64,000 bases of DNA from Chara braunii (Eukaryota; Plantae; Charophyceae). The translations under genes were made by a program, and so were the position numbers. How positions within the stretch are numbered: the first letter of the stretch is position 1; every line of letters begins with the position of its first letter. The stretch lies in NCBI GenBank assembly GCA_003427395.1, contig BFEA01000034.1, positions 1,269,927-1,333,926 on the forward strand. The letters run 5' to 3'. The notes under the pieces were generated by a model. The model was not told the origin of the DNA. It saw only the letters and a program-made list of their open reading frames with translations, and searched no databases. This document shows positions 11,701 through 26,048 of this stretch, piece after piece.

Positions 11701-13994
11701 TAGTGGGCCGATTTTCCCTTTGGCATTTTCGGCCTCTCTACCCAGCATGCATTGTCGGCCTCACGTTCGAGTGCCCAGGGCCTAACTAACTCGGAGGCCC
11801 TGGGCTTTCAGCATTTGCTGAAATCCGAGACTCGGTGCACACCAACCAACTGGCGTGCTGCAACTGTATGAACCCCACTTCGTGAAATGTTGGCACAGAG
11901 GGCTCTTGTTGATTTGCTGGCCCGCCTTCACTTAGGGTGGGCACGAGGCTTGCTGGGGCCTTAGCCCAGAACATGCACATCATGGCAAGGCCCCTACTTG
12001 AGGGCTCAATCCTCACATTTTGTTCATCTATTAATACTGAGGGAAGCGAAGAAGGCGAAGGGGGCGGAGAGAATGGAGGGGAGGGTAGGAAGGGGAAACG
12101 CAAAAGCAAAGAAGGCGAAGGCGTCAGACGGGAAGGGGGGGGAAGGAGGGAGGAACGTAAGAGATAAACTGGAAATGCATCTGAAACCATGCTGCCATTT
12201 TTCATCAAGGCAAATAGAACCAGAAAGGAAGACAGAAACAGGAACGCACGATGAATCGGAATGCAAGACATAAACAGCAATGCATCCAAAAGCAATGTTC
12301 TTGAGCCAGGGCTCGATCCCTGGTCCGCAGGTTACCACCCACCAGGCGGCTTCTCTGATCTCCGGATCCTGACTGTTGGCACGCTCTGCAGTTGGCGCCC
12401 GTTCTCAAATCCCTCCTCTGGCACTTTCGGATTTCGATACTCGGTGCCATCCGGCATTCTGGCCCAGGCTCAGATGTCCGATTTTCAGTTCAGCTCCGAG
12501 GCAAATTGCACTTCTACCCTCGTTTTTTTTTTTTGAGTCCGGTACTTGAGTCGGTCATCCAGTTTTCTGCCTCAGTGCTTGTGCTTCAGTGCGACTTGCT
12601 GTGACATTGTGTTCGGAATCCAAGATTGCGACTTTGCGACTTTGCCACTTTGTGTCTGCGTCCGTCGAGTCGTGTCGAGTCTGCGTCGAGTTGAGTGAGC
12701 GTGTGTGTGTGCTCTCAACATTGCTTTTTCGAAATTCGAAAACAAATTTTCCCTTCTCTCATATATTTTAAATTCATAAAGTTCCTTTTTTTTTTTTTTT
12801 TTGAAATCTGAAAATTGCTATCAGACTCACTTGCTTTCACAACTCGCATGTAAACAGGTAGCTCAGCAAACTGGCGACAAGCGCCCACTCAGAACTCAGA
12901 GATATGGTAACCACAAACACAGTTCAGATACAAGCTCACTTCAAACGGCTATGGCGCAACAGCGCCTGTACAGCTCTCTGTTCACACACACAGTATCACC
13001 TTGGATATCCCACACGAGTCACACTGTACCCACACACACACACACACGCTACACTCCTCTATCAGCTATGGCCACTACTACCCCTATCGCTATGGCTAAG
13101 CTCTCCTTCTCGCCCATTTCGTCTTCGGGCATACTGCAGACCACCTCGCACAAGTCGCTATGGCAGCGCTTCTGCATGGCTTACGCGGGAATGAATGAAT
13201 GGCTGGGCGCTGCCTCTTGATTTATACTTCTGTANNNNNNNNNNNNNNNNNNNNNNNNNNNNNNNNNNNNNNNNNNNNNNNNNNNNNNNNNNNNNNNNNN
13301 NNNNNNNNNNNNNNNNNNNNNNNNNNNNNNNNNNNNNNNNNNNNNNNNNNNNNNNNNNNNNNNNNNNNNNNNNNNNNNNNNNNNNNNNNNNNNNNNNNNN
13401 NNNNNNNNNNNNNNNNNNNNNNNNNNNNNNNNNNNNNNNNNNNNNNNNNNNNNNNNNNNNNNNNNNNNNNNNNNNNNNNNNNNNNNNNNNNNNNNNNNNN
13501 NNNNNNNNNNNNNNNNNNNNNNNNNNNNNNNNNNNNNNNNNNNNNNNNNNNNNNNNNNNNNNNNNNNNNNNNNNNNNNNNNNNNNNNNNNNNNNNNNNNN
13601 NNNNNNNNNNNNNNNNNNNNNNNNNNNNNNNNNNNNNNNNNNNNNNNNNNNNNNNNNNNNNNNNNNNNNNNNNNNNNNNNNNNNNNNNNNNNNNNNNNNN
13701 NNNNNNNNNNNNNNNNNNNNNNNNNNNNNNNNNNNNNNNNNNNNNNNNNNNNNNNNNNNNNNNNNNNNNNNNNNNNNNNNNNNNNNNNNNNNNNNNNNNN
13801 NNNNNNNNNNNNNNNNNNNNNNNNNNNNNNNNNNNNNNNNNNNNNNNNNNNNNNNNNNNNNNNNNNNNNNNNNNNNNNNNNNNNNNNNNNNNNNNNNNNN
13901 NNNNNNNNNNNNNNNNNNNNNNNNNNNNNNNNNNNNNNNNNNNNNNNNNNNNNNNNNNNNNNNNNNNNNNNNNNNNNNNNNNNNNNNNNNNNNN

Positions 13995-14039
<45 letters not shown>

Positions 14040-14423
14040 AACGAAAAAAACTATGTTATGCAGAAAAAAAAACTGAACAACTTTTGCCTCAGGGTCACAT
14101 CGAAATTCTTTACCAACTTTAAATTAAAATTTTAAAATTAAAAAATAATTTTTATTTTTTTTATTTTTTTATTTCTTTTTGGCGCGGCCGGGCAAGTGGA
14201 CCCGGGCCACTCTGGTAGCCTAGTGAGAAATCCATTTTTTCTCTCAAACCTTTTTCAAATTTTCTTGAAAAACACACTCATCGAATTAATTTTGAATAAA
14301 TTTAATTTCGAAATATTTTTTTTGAAATTATTTTTGTTTTTGCGAATTCTATTTGGAAATTATCTTCGTCGCTAAATCAATTAATGTTACTCTACACTTG
14401 TAAATAGGAACCCGCCCTCGGAC

Positions 14424-17400
14424 ATGACACACACAGTCAGGAACTCTCAATGCGTAGCCGCCGCTGCTGCCACCGCCTCCACTTCATCTGCTGCTTACAC
14501 CTCGTCCGCCGCTACCACGGCCTTCTCCCCCACCATGGCCCAATCATCCAGCATTGATATGTCCGGCATCCGCACCGACTCCGTCGACAGCATCGCCAGC
14601 AACCTCGCAGGCGAGCAAACACCAGCACCTGATGGCGCGACCGATCTCGCAACACTCCTCCACATGGTGACATCCGTCCACTCATCCATCGACGACATCA
14701 GAACATCGGTCTCCACCATCTGCGCTCGTGTGACCGCCATCGAAAATCAAACCCCTGCCATCCAGATCGTCACCACCATGTCCCCCTCCCCCACCTCGGG
14801 TGCGACCACCCTTCTTCCATCCTCTGCCTCCACATCCGCCGCCCTCTCCGCTAGTACGTCATCCACACCCCCGCCTTCATCCACCACCACCTCCACCATG
14901 GTCTCCCCACCACCCAAGACAACAACCCCCGCCGTCACACAGTCGTCGACCATTCGCCCCCACTCAAAACCTCTGTCGACTACATCCACTATCACTTCCA
15001 CCCACCCCACCTATACCCAGATCACTTCTGCACCACACGCCCTGTACCCCGGTCTTCCACTACTTCCACCAAACGTGCTCATTCCCGCCAACCCGCTGAC
15101 AATTTCACCCGGATTGACTCTTCCTCCCCTATGCTCGACTTCAATGCCCTCACGGCTACTGCCACCAAACTACACCAAGCCTTCTCCCTCCCAAACTGCA
15201 TTCTGCACCACTCACCCAGCCCACCTCGAAAAGCTCACGCCGGAGGAGTGAACTTACCTTTAGGAGAAGGGTGGTTGTTTCAGATGCCGACGATTAGGCC
15301 ATCAACAGACAAGCTGTCCAAATACCGCACAGCTCACACGTTAGGCACCTAGGTTTGCGGCCCCATAACCCGCCACTTCCGCATCCGTCACTCACGGTCC
15401 CTCCTCCACTTGAACACTGTCCCCATGATCACCACGAACCCGCCTCGACATTGATGACTAGTCCGCCGACCAACCCATCGGCGATGACCTCTATTCCACG
15501 GATGGCCCAGTTGGCATTGACAATTCGTTTGCCCCCCTCCCCACCCCACCCGGTGACGCACTTCCCACCGGATGATCCCCAGGCATCACCTGACGCCGTT
15601 CCCACTGGTACATGTTCCTCTACCCTTCTCCCGAATCCATCCTCCGTCACCTTCTCTGAGGTTGTTGAGGAACAATCCCGACATGATCGGCTTGTCAGAT
15701 TAGGCATCGGACAACGTTGCCTCAAGGCCATTATCTCCACCGCCTACTCATGTCCGCTTCCAACTCAGTTTATAGCCGCCACCCTTGGTGCGCCTACAAC
15801 CAAGTTTCGGGCCCTCCTTGACATTGGAGCTACCGCTAACTTAATCATTGACGCGCGTGTCTGAAAAGCCTGTCTCACCTCTATCGGTTACAACTCCCCA
15901 ATTACCATTCGTCTAGGAGACAAAGACATCGCTGTCGTAGTAGACCGCACGGTTCCCGAGACCACCATGACTGTCGGGACCCTCCGCAGTCAGGCCTCAT
16001 TCTATGTCATGCACTTGATGTGCGGCATCGTTTTGGGAACACCTAGGTTGGACCACTACATGCCATACGCGTTCCACCCCAGCTTCTTCCGCCTCACCAA
16101 TCCCCCCGACACGCGCATCGACATCCCCTATTTCTCCCACCCTGCCTCCCAAAACTCCGTCACTCCCCACCAGGTTCTCCACATGGCCCGTCATAACCCC
16201 AACTCCATTTACTACTGCCTTGTCCTTGATCGCGAACGTCCCGAGGACTTGCTCCCTACGGACAAACCCGATCAAGCTCCCCCCTCCGACCCCGCCCTCA
16301 CCTCCATCCTCAACGAGTTCAAAGACGTTTTTTCCCGAGGCCTTGCTTGCCAGATTACCCCCGGATCGTGGTGTCTCATACCATTGATCTGGAACCCGGC
16401 CACTCTCCGCCGTGCCGCCCTCCATACCAACTCTCCGTCCCGGTAGCCAAAGAAATGAAGTGCCAACTCAATGAACTCCTTGAAAAAGGATTCATTAAGC
16501 CAAGCTTCTACCCCTTCGGTACAAGTTGCCTTTTCGTAAAGAAAGGTGGAACCTTAGAACTAAGGATGTGCAGAGACTACTGTGGCTTGAATTTCAAGAA
16601 CAAGTACCCCTACCTCGGATCTCTGAGCTTCTTGATCGCCTCTGTGGAGCCAAATATTTTACCAAGATTGACCTCCACAGCGTCTTCCACCAGATCCGAA
16701 TCCGCGAGGAGGACACCCACAAGACTGCATTATGTTCTCGCTTCGGGCACTATGAGTTCCTCGTGATGTCCTTCGGACTCACCAACGCCCCCACCACGTT
16801 CCAATCCACCATGAATCACATATTCCACGACCTCCTCGAAGTCTGTGTCGTCGTCTACCTTGATGATATCCTTGTCTATAGCCCCACCTTGGAATCCCAC
16901 CTTCAGCACCTTCGCCAAGTCCTCTCTATCCTCAAAGAGCAAAAATTATACTCCAAGCTCAACAAGTGTACCTTTGCTGCCTCTAGGGTAGAATACCTTG
17001 GCCACATCGTTTGTGCTGAAGGAATCCGCATGGACCCCTCAAAAGTCAACGTCCTCGTTGAGTACTCCCTGCCCAATACCCTACTCCAACTACGCTCATT
17101 CCTCGGCCTTGCCAACTATTACCGCCCCTTCATCTTCAACTTCTCTGACATCTCTTACCCACTCCATGAACTCACACGCAAGGACGAGCCCATCAATTGG
17201 AATGACTGCCGCCAAAACACCTTCCACTTCCTCAAACAAATCATCACCACGGCCCCATCCTCGAGATTGCTGACCATTCTCGACATTTCTACGTTACCAC
17301 TGACGCATCCGACTTCGCTATTGGAGCTGTCCTCTCGCAACATTTTCCTCGCAACACCTCCGAAACCCCCTCCATCAAAGACTCCCGCACCCACCCCGAG

Positions 17401-18941
17401 GCTCCACCCGACAAATACCCTATTGCCTTTGCAAGCAAGAAGCTCTTTCCCGCGGAGGTGAACTTCCCCTCCAACGAGAAGGAAATCATTGCCGTGATTC
17501 ACGCCCTGAAAGTTTGGCGCCCGTACCTCGACGGACAATACTTCAAGCCCGCTGGTTAGACTTTCTTGCCCAATTCACCATTCGCCACACCCTCGACAAA
17601 AGCAACCGCGTTGCCAGTGCCCTCTCTCGACGGCCCGACCACAAACGCACCTAGAAAGTCTACGTCACCATGACTCATATCCAACTCCTCCCATCACTCC
17701 ACCACTGCTACACCCACAACTACCTCTCTTGCCCGGATTTCTCAACAATCTACAACAAACTTTGTGACCTTGACCCAGTCCCGACTACTCCCTTCACGAC
17801 CAACTTCTTTACATCGACACCAAAGGCACTCGCCGACTTTGCATCCGCGACGCACGTGGCCTCCATACCCAGCTCTTGGCCGAACACCACGACGCCAAGA
17901 CTGCGGGACACCTCGGCTTTCAGAAAACCTTCGACACCATCTCCTGGCTACTTCTACTGGCCTTCACTACTCCCCGACGCCAAAGCTTACATTCGCTTAT
18001 GCCCCATATGTCAAGCCGTCAACCCTTCGAACCGGGCCTAACCCGGCAAGTTATAGTTGTTGCCTATTCCCTCTCACCATTGGCAGTCCATCTCTATGGA
18101 CTTTGTGTGCGGTCTCCCCAAGATTGACCGCAACCATGCCTGCATCTACGTCACCGTATGTCGCTTGACCAAATGCACGCTCTTCGTCCCTTGCACTACT
18201 TCACACCACGCCAAAGACATTGCCACTCTCTTCTTTGATCATGTTGCACTCCATCACGGCCTCCTTGAGAATATCATCAGCGATCGTGATCCGCGGTTTC
18301 TCTTGCAATTCTGGAAACACCTTTTCAAAGCCTACGGAACCACACTCAAGTATAGCACTGCATTCCACCCTCAGACCGATGGACAAACTGAGAAGATAAA
18401 CGATACTTTCCAAAGAATCCTGCGGAAGTATTGTCATCCACACCAACACGTCTGGGACTAGTTGCTCATAGCTGTCGAGATTGCCTATGACAACGTCGTT
18501 TGCCCTTTCAGTGACATGTCTCCGTTCTACCTCGATCTTGGCTACCATCCTTGCTTACCCTCCAACTTCTTGCTTCTTTCACAACTCAACCCCTCCACCC
18601 CTTGCCCTTCTCTCAATGAATGGGTAGCAGCAATGAACATACTCCTCAGAGAAGCCTCCGAAGTTGAACAAACGCAAGAACAACAAGCCAACAAGACCAA
18701 CAAACATAAACGTGCCGTGTCATTCAAAGTAGGGGACAAAGTCTGCCTCTCTGCCAAATGCTTTGAACCCGATCATGGCTTGTCCAAGAAACTCCCGAAC
18801 AAGTGGCTCAGACCCTTCCCCATCACTGAACAAACCTCCCACGTCAATTACAAGCTCCAACTCCCTGCTGATGTGAGTTGTGTCCACCCTGTCTTCCACG
18901 TAGAATACCTAAAAGAAATCCACATGGGAACCTCTTGCTAA
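14424..18941 (+). mobile_element. Decayed Ty3/Gypsy internal region (Gypsy-2): Ser/Thr-rich gag-like ORF, PR, RT, RNase H, IN
   Basis: FRALLDIGAT (~15805), KIDLHS, VYLDDIL, FLGLANYYR, SMDFV, ISDRD, HPQTDGQTE and HPVFHVEYLK. No chromodomain is visible. Confidence 0.92.
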
Positions 18942-20352
18942 CCTTAAGAATGCCATGAAGCGTGTTCGCGCTTATAATCTCGCCCATCCTATATCCTAGC
19001 TACCCACTATGCCTAAACTTTGCCTAAACCTTGCCTAAACCCTGCCTCAAGCCTGCCTCCCTGCACGACACACATGCCCTGTACCCAACAAAACCCTTGC
19101 CCCTTGACCTCCCTCTGTCTGATCTGCTCTCGCCTCCGTCTCGCCCCGTTCGCCTATCTGTCCTCTGCCACGTCTCTGTCCCCCTTGTCGTCTCGCCCCG
19201 TTCGCCTATCTGTCCTCTGCCACGTCTCTGTCCCCCTTGTCCAAGTCCTACATGTGGCCTCTGCGCATCGTCGGCGATAACGGTGTCGAGCGCATCGGCT
19301 CCCGCCTTTTAGGCAAAGGCGAGAGACCTCCCTGCCATGTCACGCAGGAGTTGAACAAAACGACAAGAGACAACTTGGGAGCGACTCATAATAACTCCCG
19401 TGAACCGTCGAGACGAACGCGGTTCCACCTCTCCCTCGCCGCTCTAGTCGGGTGCGCCAGTTGTACATCCCGCGGTCCCCTACGACAGGATAGGTTTCCG
19501 TGGGGCATAAGTTTTCCTTCCCTAAGGGTCTGTCACCACCCTTAGGGGCGTATCCCTACCGAGTTATTGACCCACGTGCGAAAGTTTTAATATGCAGCCG
19601 CAGAGGTAGGTCAGCCGAGGGCGTTTGCTCATCTCGCTGCAGTATAGGAAACACTTGGTTAAACGTCGAGCGGACCCGAACGTTGTCCGTCCCTTAGGGC
19701 GCTGATCTCCTAAGTTCAGAGCGTACGTTGGTCGACTAGGACGGTCTGAACCAAGCGGTCTCAACCAAGCGTGAAACCCTTAGATACAATCCTAGTCCCT
19801 TGACAATCGTTCTGAAAACAACACAATTAAATTCATATGCCTTATATCGAAATTATCAGAGATCACGTCTTTGACTTGATGAGCCGGTTTGCCAAAGTTA
19901 TCCTTCTCAATCTATATGACTGAAGAAACTATTGCACCGCCGCTCCTGAGACGGAGGTTCAATATTGACGACCGATTAGGAAAGACAACCTAATCTTTAA
20001 CTTATTATCGGTCTATCGACACTTACTAATTCCTGCCAGGAGTATCTTCTGCAAATAAATTCCACTGCTATGATGCAAATCAACAAGTGATCTGGTTCCT
20101 GGTCGAAATTTGAACTCTCGATTTGACCACACTTCCGCTATCATATCCAATTTACTTCTAACATGCGTCTTTATGCATGTGATTACCCCTCAATGCATAA
20201 GCATGATAGTACAATCATCGGGGTAATCCAGATACTATCCATCTGGTGGGTCCTATTTAGGAAAGAATTTTTTTTTTTTTTTTTTTTTTTTACCCTTGTA
20301 GGATCACATAAATGTGACCCTACCATAAGGACAACTCACTGCGGTATCTAAC

Positions 20353-21197
20353 TCAAAATGACGGGCCTAGCCAAGATAGAGTTGTCGGCGAGGCCTCAAC
20401 CTTTATCCGGTCGAGTTGTAAGGGCTCCTCGTCGTCAAAAGTTAAGGTGGTAATGTGTCCACCCTGCTTGACCCGAACTGTTCGCGTACCATAGAGGGAA
20501 GCCATCCGTGAGGCCAATTTCCAAACTATGGCGCAAAACCGTTGTCGCATTCGAAAGAGGTGCCTAGTCGTGGTGTCCTTAATCCGGATAACGCCGTAGC
20601 GCTCTCCCGACACGGTAATTTTAACACTCACAATGACCCGAGAAAGGCATTGGAGGTTGCTCGCTCGATGAAAATACAAAGTATATCCATGAAATTCTTT
20701 CGAAATCCGAGCTACATTGGTACGAACATCCGTGCGCGAGTTAGGAAAAAATCCTAGCCCATCCCTGAGCAATCCAACAAAACCCATCCAACGCGTGGGC
20801 GCATCATCTCGAATAAGTAATAGCCGCTCCCCGCGCCGGATCAGCTCCTCGTCTATAGTGTCGCGAAGCAACAAATATCTTGACTGCTTGTCATGTGCAC
20901 ACCCGGAAGAGTTGCCTGTTAGAAAAGACGTTCCCAGATTTCACAAGCCTCGTTATCAAACGCGGTGACGTCAAAACGTTCAGAGCAAAAAATGTTAAAT
21001 TTATTCGCTCGCACTTCTTTCACATGATGAAGGAGACGGAATGGTCCTTGCTGGTCATTCAGCCAAATTTCAAGCGGATTATAGACTAAGCGTCCTTTTC
21101 GTATCTTGCCGAAACGTGATCGTGTCGGCACTGCTATCCATTCTATGGCCGCCTCTTGCTTACTGAATAATCGAAGGATCACTGCTCCTGTGGTCAT
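20353..21197 (-). pseudogene. Unknown ORF inside the LTR, in two frames and probably frameshifted
   Basis: ORFs 20919-21197 and 20353-20874. The ATG is directly preceded by a CTGAC...TTTTGTCATTCAG splice-acceptor-like sequence. I recognise no family. Confidence 0.4.
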
Positions 21198-21502
21198 CTG
21201 AATGACAAAATAATGACTTTGTCAGAATAAATCCATATGCTAAACTCTCTTTCCCTCCTTGGACCGTGATTCTTGTGTCACGGTCCTACCACGAAGGTAG
21301 TGCCTACTTGCACTCCGTTAACACTATTCGAACATGAATTGGGCTTCTTTTGACACCAGTTCCCCATACGATGGTGGCGCCTAAGACGGCCATCCAAAAG
21401 AAGATATTGAATTCAGCCGTCCACCACTCGGAAGTATGAGAAACGGCTATTCTTACGATAGGACATCCTACCCTCAAGAAAGTGGTTTGGAATACCCCTC
21501 CT

Positions 21503-21644
21503 CCTCGTCCGAACACATTGTTCAGATCTCAGATGTTGGGTTGGCTCCACCGCAATACAGCATGGTATTCCCCCTCGTCCGAACACATTGTTCAGATCTC
21601 AGATGTTGGGTTGGCTCCACCGCAATACAGCATGGTATTCCCCC
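21503..21644 (+). repeat. ~70-bp tandem duplication
   Basis: CCTCGTCCGAACACATTGTTCAGATCTCAGATG...GGTATTCCCC appears twice. Confidence 0.9.
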
Positions 21645-24600
21645 GTCAGACCGTCCACTTCGGGTCAATGACAGGGCCAGCTCCTAAAGCAACGAACCCC
21701 TGCCCCGGATGGCTCCTAGAGAGGAGCCCCAATTACTAGGAGTAGACATTTCCCTATACTCCGATTGGGTTTTGACTTAGACGGAAGAAGAATAAGATAG
21801 AGATAAGCACTGAGATCTCTTTGGACGAGTACAGAAAGAAAGTGTTGTTCGGGATAGAATGGGTTGTTCCTTGGAGATACTAAATCATTCTGACCCGCGC
21901 GCGTTATTTCTTATTTATAAGTTCACCGATAATGAGTTGAGTCAATTCTCATATATGAATCACCCTTCGGCTTTAAATGTCAAATAAGAGAGGCCTCTTA
22001 TCTTTATCTTCTTTTTCCACGAATTTCATTTTTTTGGGCACCCGTCGGTTCACCTTTCTCACTGTTTTCTTCTTTTGACACGCATATGGGTAAAGTGGAA
22101 GGAAAGTGAACATTCCCATCATTCCTTGAGCAAGCATAATACTGATCACTTCTCACATGCATCCATTTACCCACCTGCACAACCAAACGGAAGCAACAAC
22201 CCAAGATCATCCATACCTCAACCAAAGTCAGCCCCCCTTCACATGCATGACATCACACACTTTACTCTACCTTCTCCCTTAATCCAAGCAAGGTCATGCA
22301 AGGTGTGGGTTCACACAGGTGTGTAAGGGAAGGTGAGTCACAACTGACCTTGAGTGAAGTAGAAACAGCTCACTCAAGAAAGCCAAATACTCTTTCAAAA
22401 AAAATTGGCCGTACAACTCACGTTGTGACCGTTCACAAAAGATAATCTGCATTTTCCTTCAGGTGTCACCACTCACACAGGGCCACTCGCTAGGACTGGT
22501 GCGAGATAGCCCTCAAGGACGGTGCTCTCACTTTCAAGTCCCATGTGGTCCCACTACAGTCCCAGCGGCACCTCGACCCCCCAAGAAACCTCCACCAATT
22601 ATCAAGTCCGATCATCAAATGTCTGCTACGATACTTGTTTCAGTCTCAATCCCCACTCTCTTGGTCCCAATTTGGGTCCCAAGCGGCTCCACGCTGCTGC
22701 CGCACCACCAAATGATCATCCAAAATGTAAATCTGAATCGTGGCGCTCATCCAATCATTTACAGTGCCCCCGACGTCAATGCAGCAGTGCTACACCAAAA
22801 TTAGCCACACCGCCAAGTACCATGCCAAACAATCACCGCCGCAGATTCAGAACCCTTCGGTGAAAACCTCCACCAGCCGCGCCGCGCAATTTCGACAGCA
22901 ACACACCTCCCTTCAAAACGCTGTCAAATATAATGCCGCTAAAAAGAATCACTGCTGCGCCACACAATCCAGGCAGCACCTCCTTTCAAAAGTACAGCGG
23001 CGCAGCCTCCCTCTCAAAATCCCTTGCCACCACACAGGCTGTCGGGCAGCACCTCCCCGTCGTGGGCCCCTCGCCGCACGATCCAATCCTGCCTCAGCCT
23101 CACGGCTACAGCCTCCCCTCAGGCCTACAGCACAAGCACAAATGTGGGGCTAGAAGCTCCTAGTCTTCAGCTATGGCTGCCTCTCTCCTCCTCCTCCAAG
23201 TGCTTCTGCAGACCTCCAGCACTTTACCTCGCTACATCAGCAGCCAGCCAGCATCTACTTCAAGTAGAATGCCCCAACAGCATTGCCACAAGTGTGCGGC
23301 AGCTGGGTGGCAAGTTGGCTTTTATAGCTGGCTGAAGGCATGTGGGCAGCTGCCTTGCCCACAGCCAGACAAAATTTCGTCAGGGCTCCTGGCCCTTGAT
23401 CTAAATCAATGGCCAGGAGCTCTGTGCCTTGGTTTCCCTAGGGAACCAGGGTCATCAGTTCCCTGGAGCACCTGGCCATTTTCCCAGGCCAGGTGCTTCT
23501 AGAAATGGCTGTACTCAACCATTTCAGGACTGCTGTTCAACTGAACAGATGCAGTCCCATCAGCCCTTAAAAGCTTCTGGGGCGGCCACATTTGTGGCCG
23601 TTACCTTTCTTTACCTCCTCTTTTTCTCTCATGTATATATCCTGAACCCGCGGCCACATACGTGGTTGTTGCTTACTTTTTCCTTCCCTACCTCTTTTTC
23701 TTTCTTTCTTTTTCTTTTTTCTCCCCCTAACCCCTCGTTTCCTTGTGCAGGGGCAGCCCAGCTCGTTTTCCAAAACGGGCTGCCTTCCTAGTCATTTCGC
23801 AGAGCCTAACTACAGTGAGGCTCAAAGGGGTTGTCTCCCCCTGCCCGCGCCTGTATCTGGGCCAAATAAGTGCCAAAGACAGGCGTGTGGCTTATGAGCT
23901 CCCTCCCTCTCTCTCTCCCTCTAGGTCCCGACAGCCACGGTCGTTGCCAGCGTCGAGCGAGCTGCTGTGAAAGCCTTCAGAAAGAGCCCAATTGATGCCA
24001 CAAAAATGTTCGTTCGACCACTAAGGAATGCCCCGTCGTTCCTCACAAACAGGAACCCCCCCAGGGCGTGTGCAGAGAGTCCCTGGTAACTTCGAGTGCA
24101 AGGCTCAACCCCCAGGCTCGGAATGTAGCCGCATCCTGCGGCAAATTCATTCCAACCAAAATTATAGTCCGTTCGTTGAAAATGAACGGACACTTATTTA
24201 TTTATTTATTTATTTCTTTTTCCCGAAAAAATCTAAAACAGATCTAAGAGAAAAAAAATCTAAAAAATAAAAAACAAAAACAAAAAAAATAAAAACAAAT
24301 CTTACCTTTCTCACAAACGGCTGCCCGTTGTTTCGGGCGCCTGCAGTGATTCTGGGGACTGTAAGTCCACCTTACTTCTGATAGCGCCATATGGCGCTTC
24401 ACTTTTAGTTTTAGTTCAATTTATTTTTTTTCCTTTTTGTAGCGGAAAATTCATTCCAACCGAACGGGCACTACACCGGTTTAAAAAACAAAATCTAGAA
24501 ATACAAAAAAGAAAACGGTTGCCCGTTCAAATGATTTTTATATGTTTTTAGGTGTATGCGTGTCACTCTCGTGCATGGCCATGCAGATCAGCGCGGCCCG

Positions 24601-25751
24601 ATCTCGGCCACGCGATCTTCGAAATTGCGCTGTCGAGATCGACCACGACACCTCAAAAAACTGGGCCGCTCCTAACAAAAGGAGCTAGCCCAGCCGCATG
24701 TCGTTGGGCTCGATCCTTGAATCAGCAGGGTGACAATCAGATGGCGGTACCTACTGGGCCAGCTCCTTATTACGGGAGCTAAGCCCACAGCTCTTCTATA
24801 AGAAGAGCTGCCTCCCTGTAGGCCCGTCTGCTACAGCTAGGCAGGTATGGCCTGCCGCACCTGTAGCCGCGTCGCCTGTTAATTCACAGGCGCCCCACCC
24901 TAGCGGCTTGACTTGGTGGCCCGCGGCCAGCAGCGAAACAGTATCAGGTCCTCCGTACGGAGTAGACCTCTTGGCCCAACATCAAGCGCGAACACTCTTT
25001 TTCTACGTATCTAGGCTCTAAACCGCACGACTGCTATTGGGTTTAACTTCAGCGTCCCATCTCCGCACGTTCCAGCGGCTTCGACAACAGCAAAACATTG
25101 CCATTAACATTCATTACTCCTGGACGCTACACGCGTCCGGACTGGAATTCAAAAACTTTTAGTCTCTCAGTCATAGGTCAGGTCTGAATAAACATTGGCA
25201 ACGTCAGTCTCATGAAGTCCTTCAATTCAACAAGAAAAAGTCGGACATCGTTCGACGTTCAAAAACCCCGGCAAATACCCTTGTCAGGGTTTTTGCCCCG
25301 ACAACGGATCTAATGGCAAGCGCACAAGGACGATGGCATGCTGCAGCTCAGTACGAGGAGATAAGACAGCTGGTCGGCCACCATGGGGTTCCCTTTGGCC
25401 GGCACCTTGGACTCGCAGACTTCTGGAGCAGCACCTCTGACATGGACATCAAGATCAGTCTGCGACCTGCTGTCCGGATCTGACCTCATCATCAGATCAT
25501 GTACCGGACGCAACCTGCTACTGCGACAATCAAGTTGAAGTCCTTGCCGTCTTTATCATAGAACTGCTGAAGACTGCTTCCTCACCGCCACTTCTGCGAC
25601 ACCCTCCAAGACCTTCCTCGAGACATTTTTTCTCTTTTGACATTTTGTTACAGACCTGAGACGTTGTTTTCCCAGACCCCTGAAACACCCCAGCACTTGG
25701 CATTGAACAAGCAATTTTTTTTTTTTTTTTTCTCAAACCTGACAACCTATA

Positions 25752-26048
25752 ACCTTGTAGAACACCAATAGGATTGCCCTGTTACTTGTTACCCTGTTAC
25801 CTGAACATTGCTACCCTCACCCTTGTAGAACGTCAATAGGATTACCCTGTTACTTCAGCATTGATCCCCTCATCCTTGTAGAACCTCAATAGGATTACCC
25901 TGTTATTTGAGCATTGATTCCCTCATCCCTGTAGAACCTCAATAGGATTACGCTCTTACTTGAGCAATGATTCCCTCGCCCCTATAGAACCTCAGTAGGA
26001 TTACCCTGTTACTTGAGCTTGGATTCCCTCATACCTGTAGAACCTCCA
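25752..26048 (+). repeat. ~54-bp minisatellite, about 5.5 copies
   Basis: Unit CCTTGTAGAACCTCAATAGGATTACCCTGTTACTTGAGCATTGATTCCCTCAT. Confidence 0.9.

Larger units (their letters stand above)
19284..25303 (-). mobile_element. 6020-bp solo LTR of the giant-LTR family
   Basis: TGTCG...CGACA termini, both homologous to the LTR ends at 45658/48223 and 52122/56997. ACGG lies on both sides (19280-19283 and 25304-25307). Confidence 0.88.

Noticed and set aside
10287-12340. Possible host-gene exons on the minus strand
   Set aside because: I recognise no domain or consistent exon chain, and part of the region matches a dispersed repeat.
13181-14122. Long ORFs and a poly-A tract
   Set aside because: The ORFs are N-gap artefacts, and poly-A at a contig edge is unreliable as a retroposon tail.
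25894-25906. 13-bp match (ATTACCCTGTTAT) to the I-SceI site
   Set aside because: It is incomplete and part of a natural minisatellite unit, so most likely chance.
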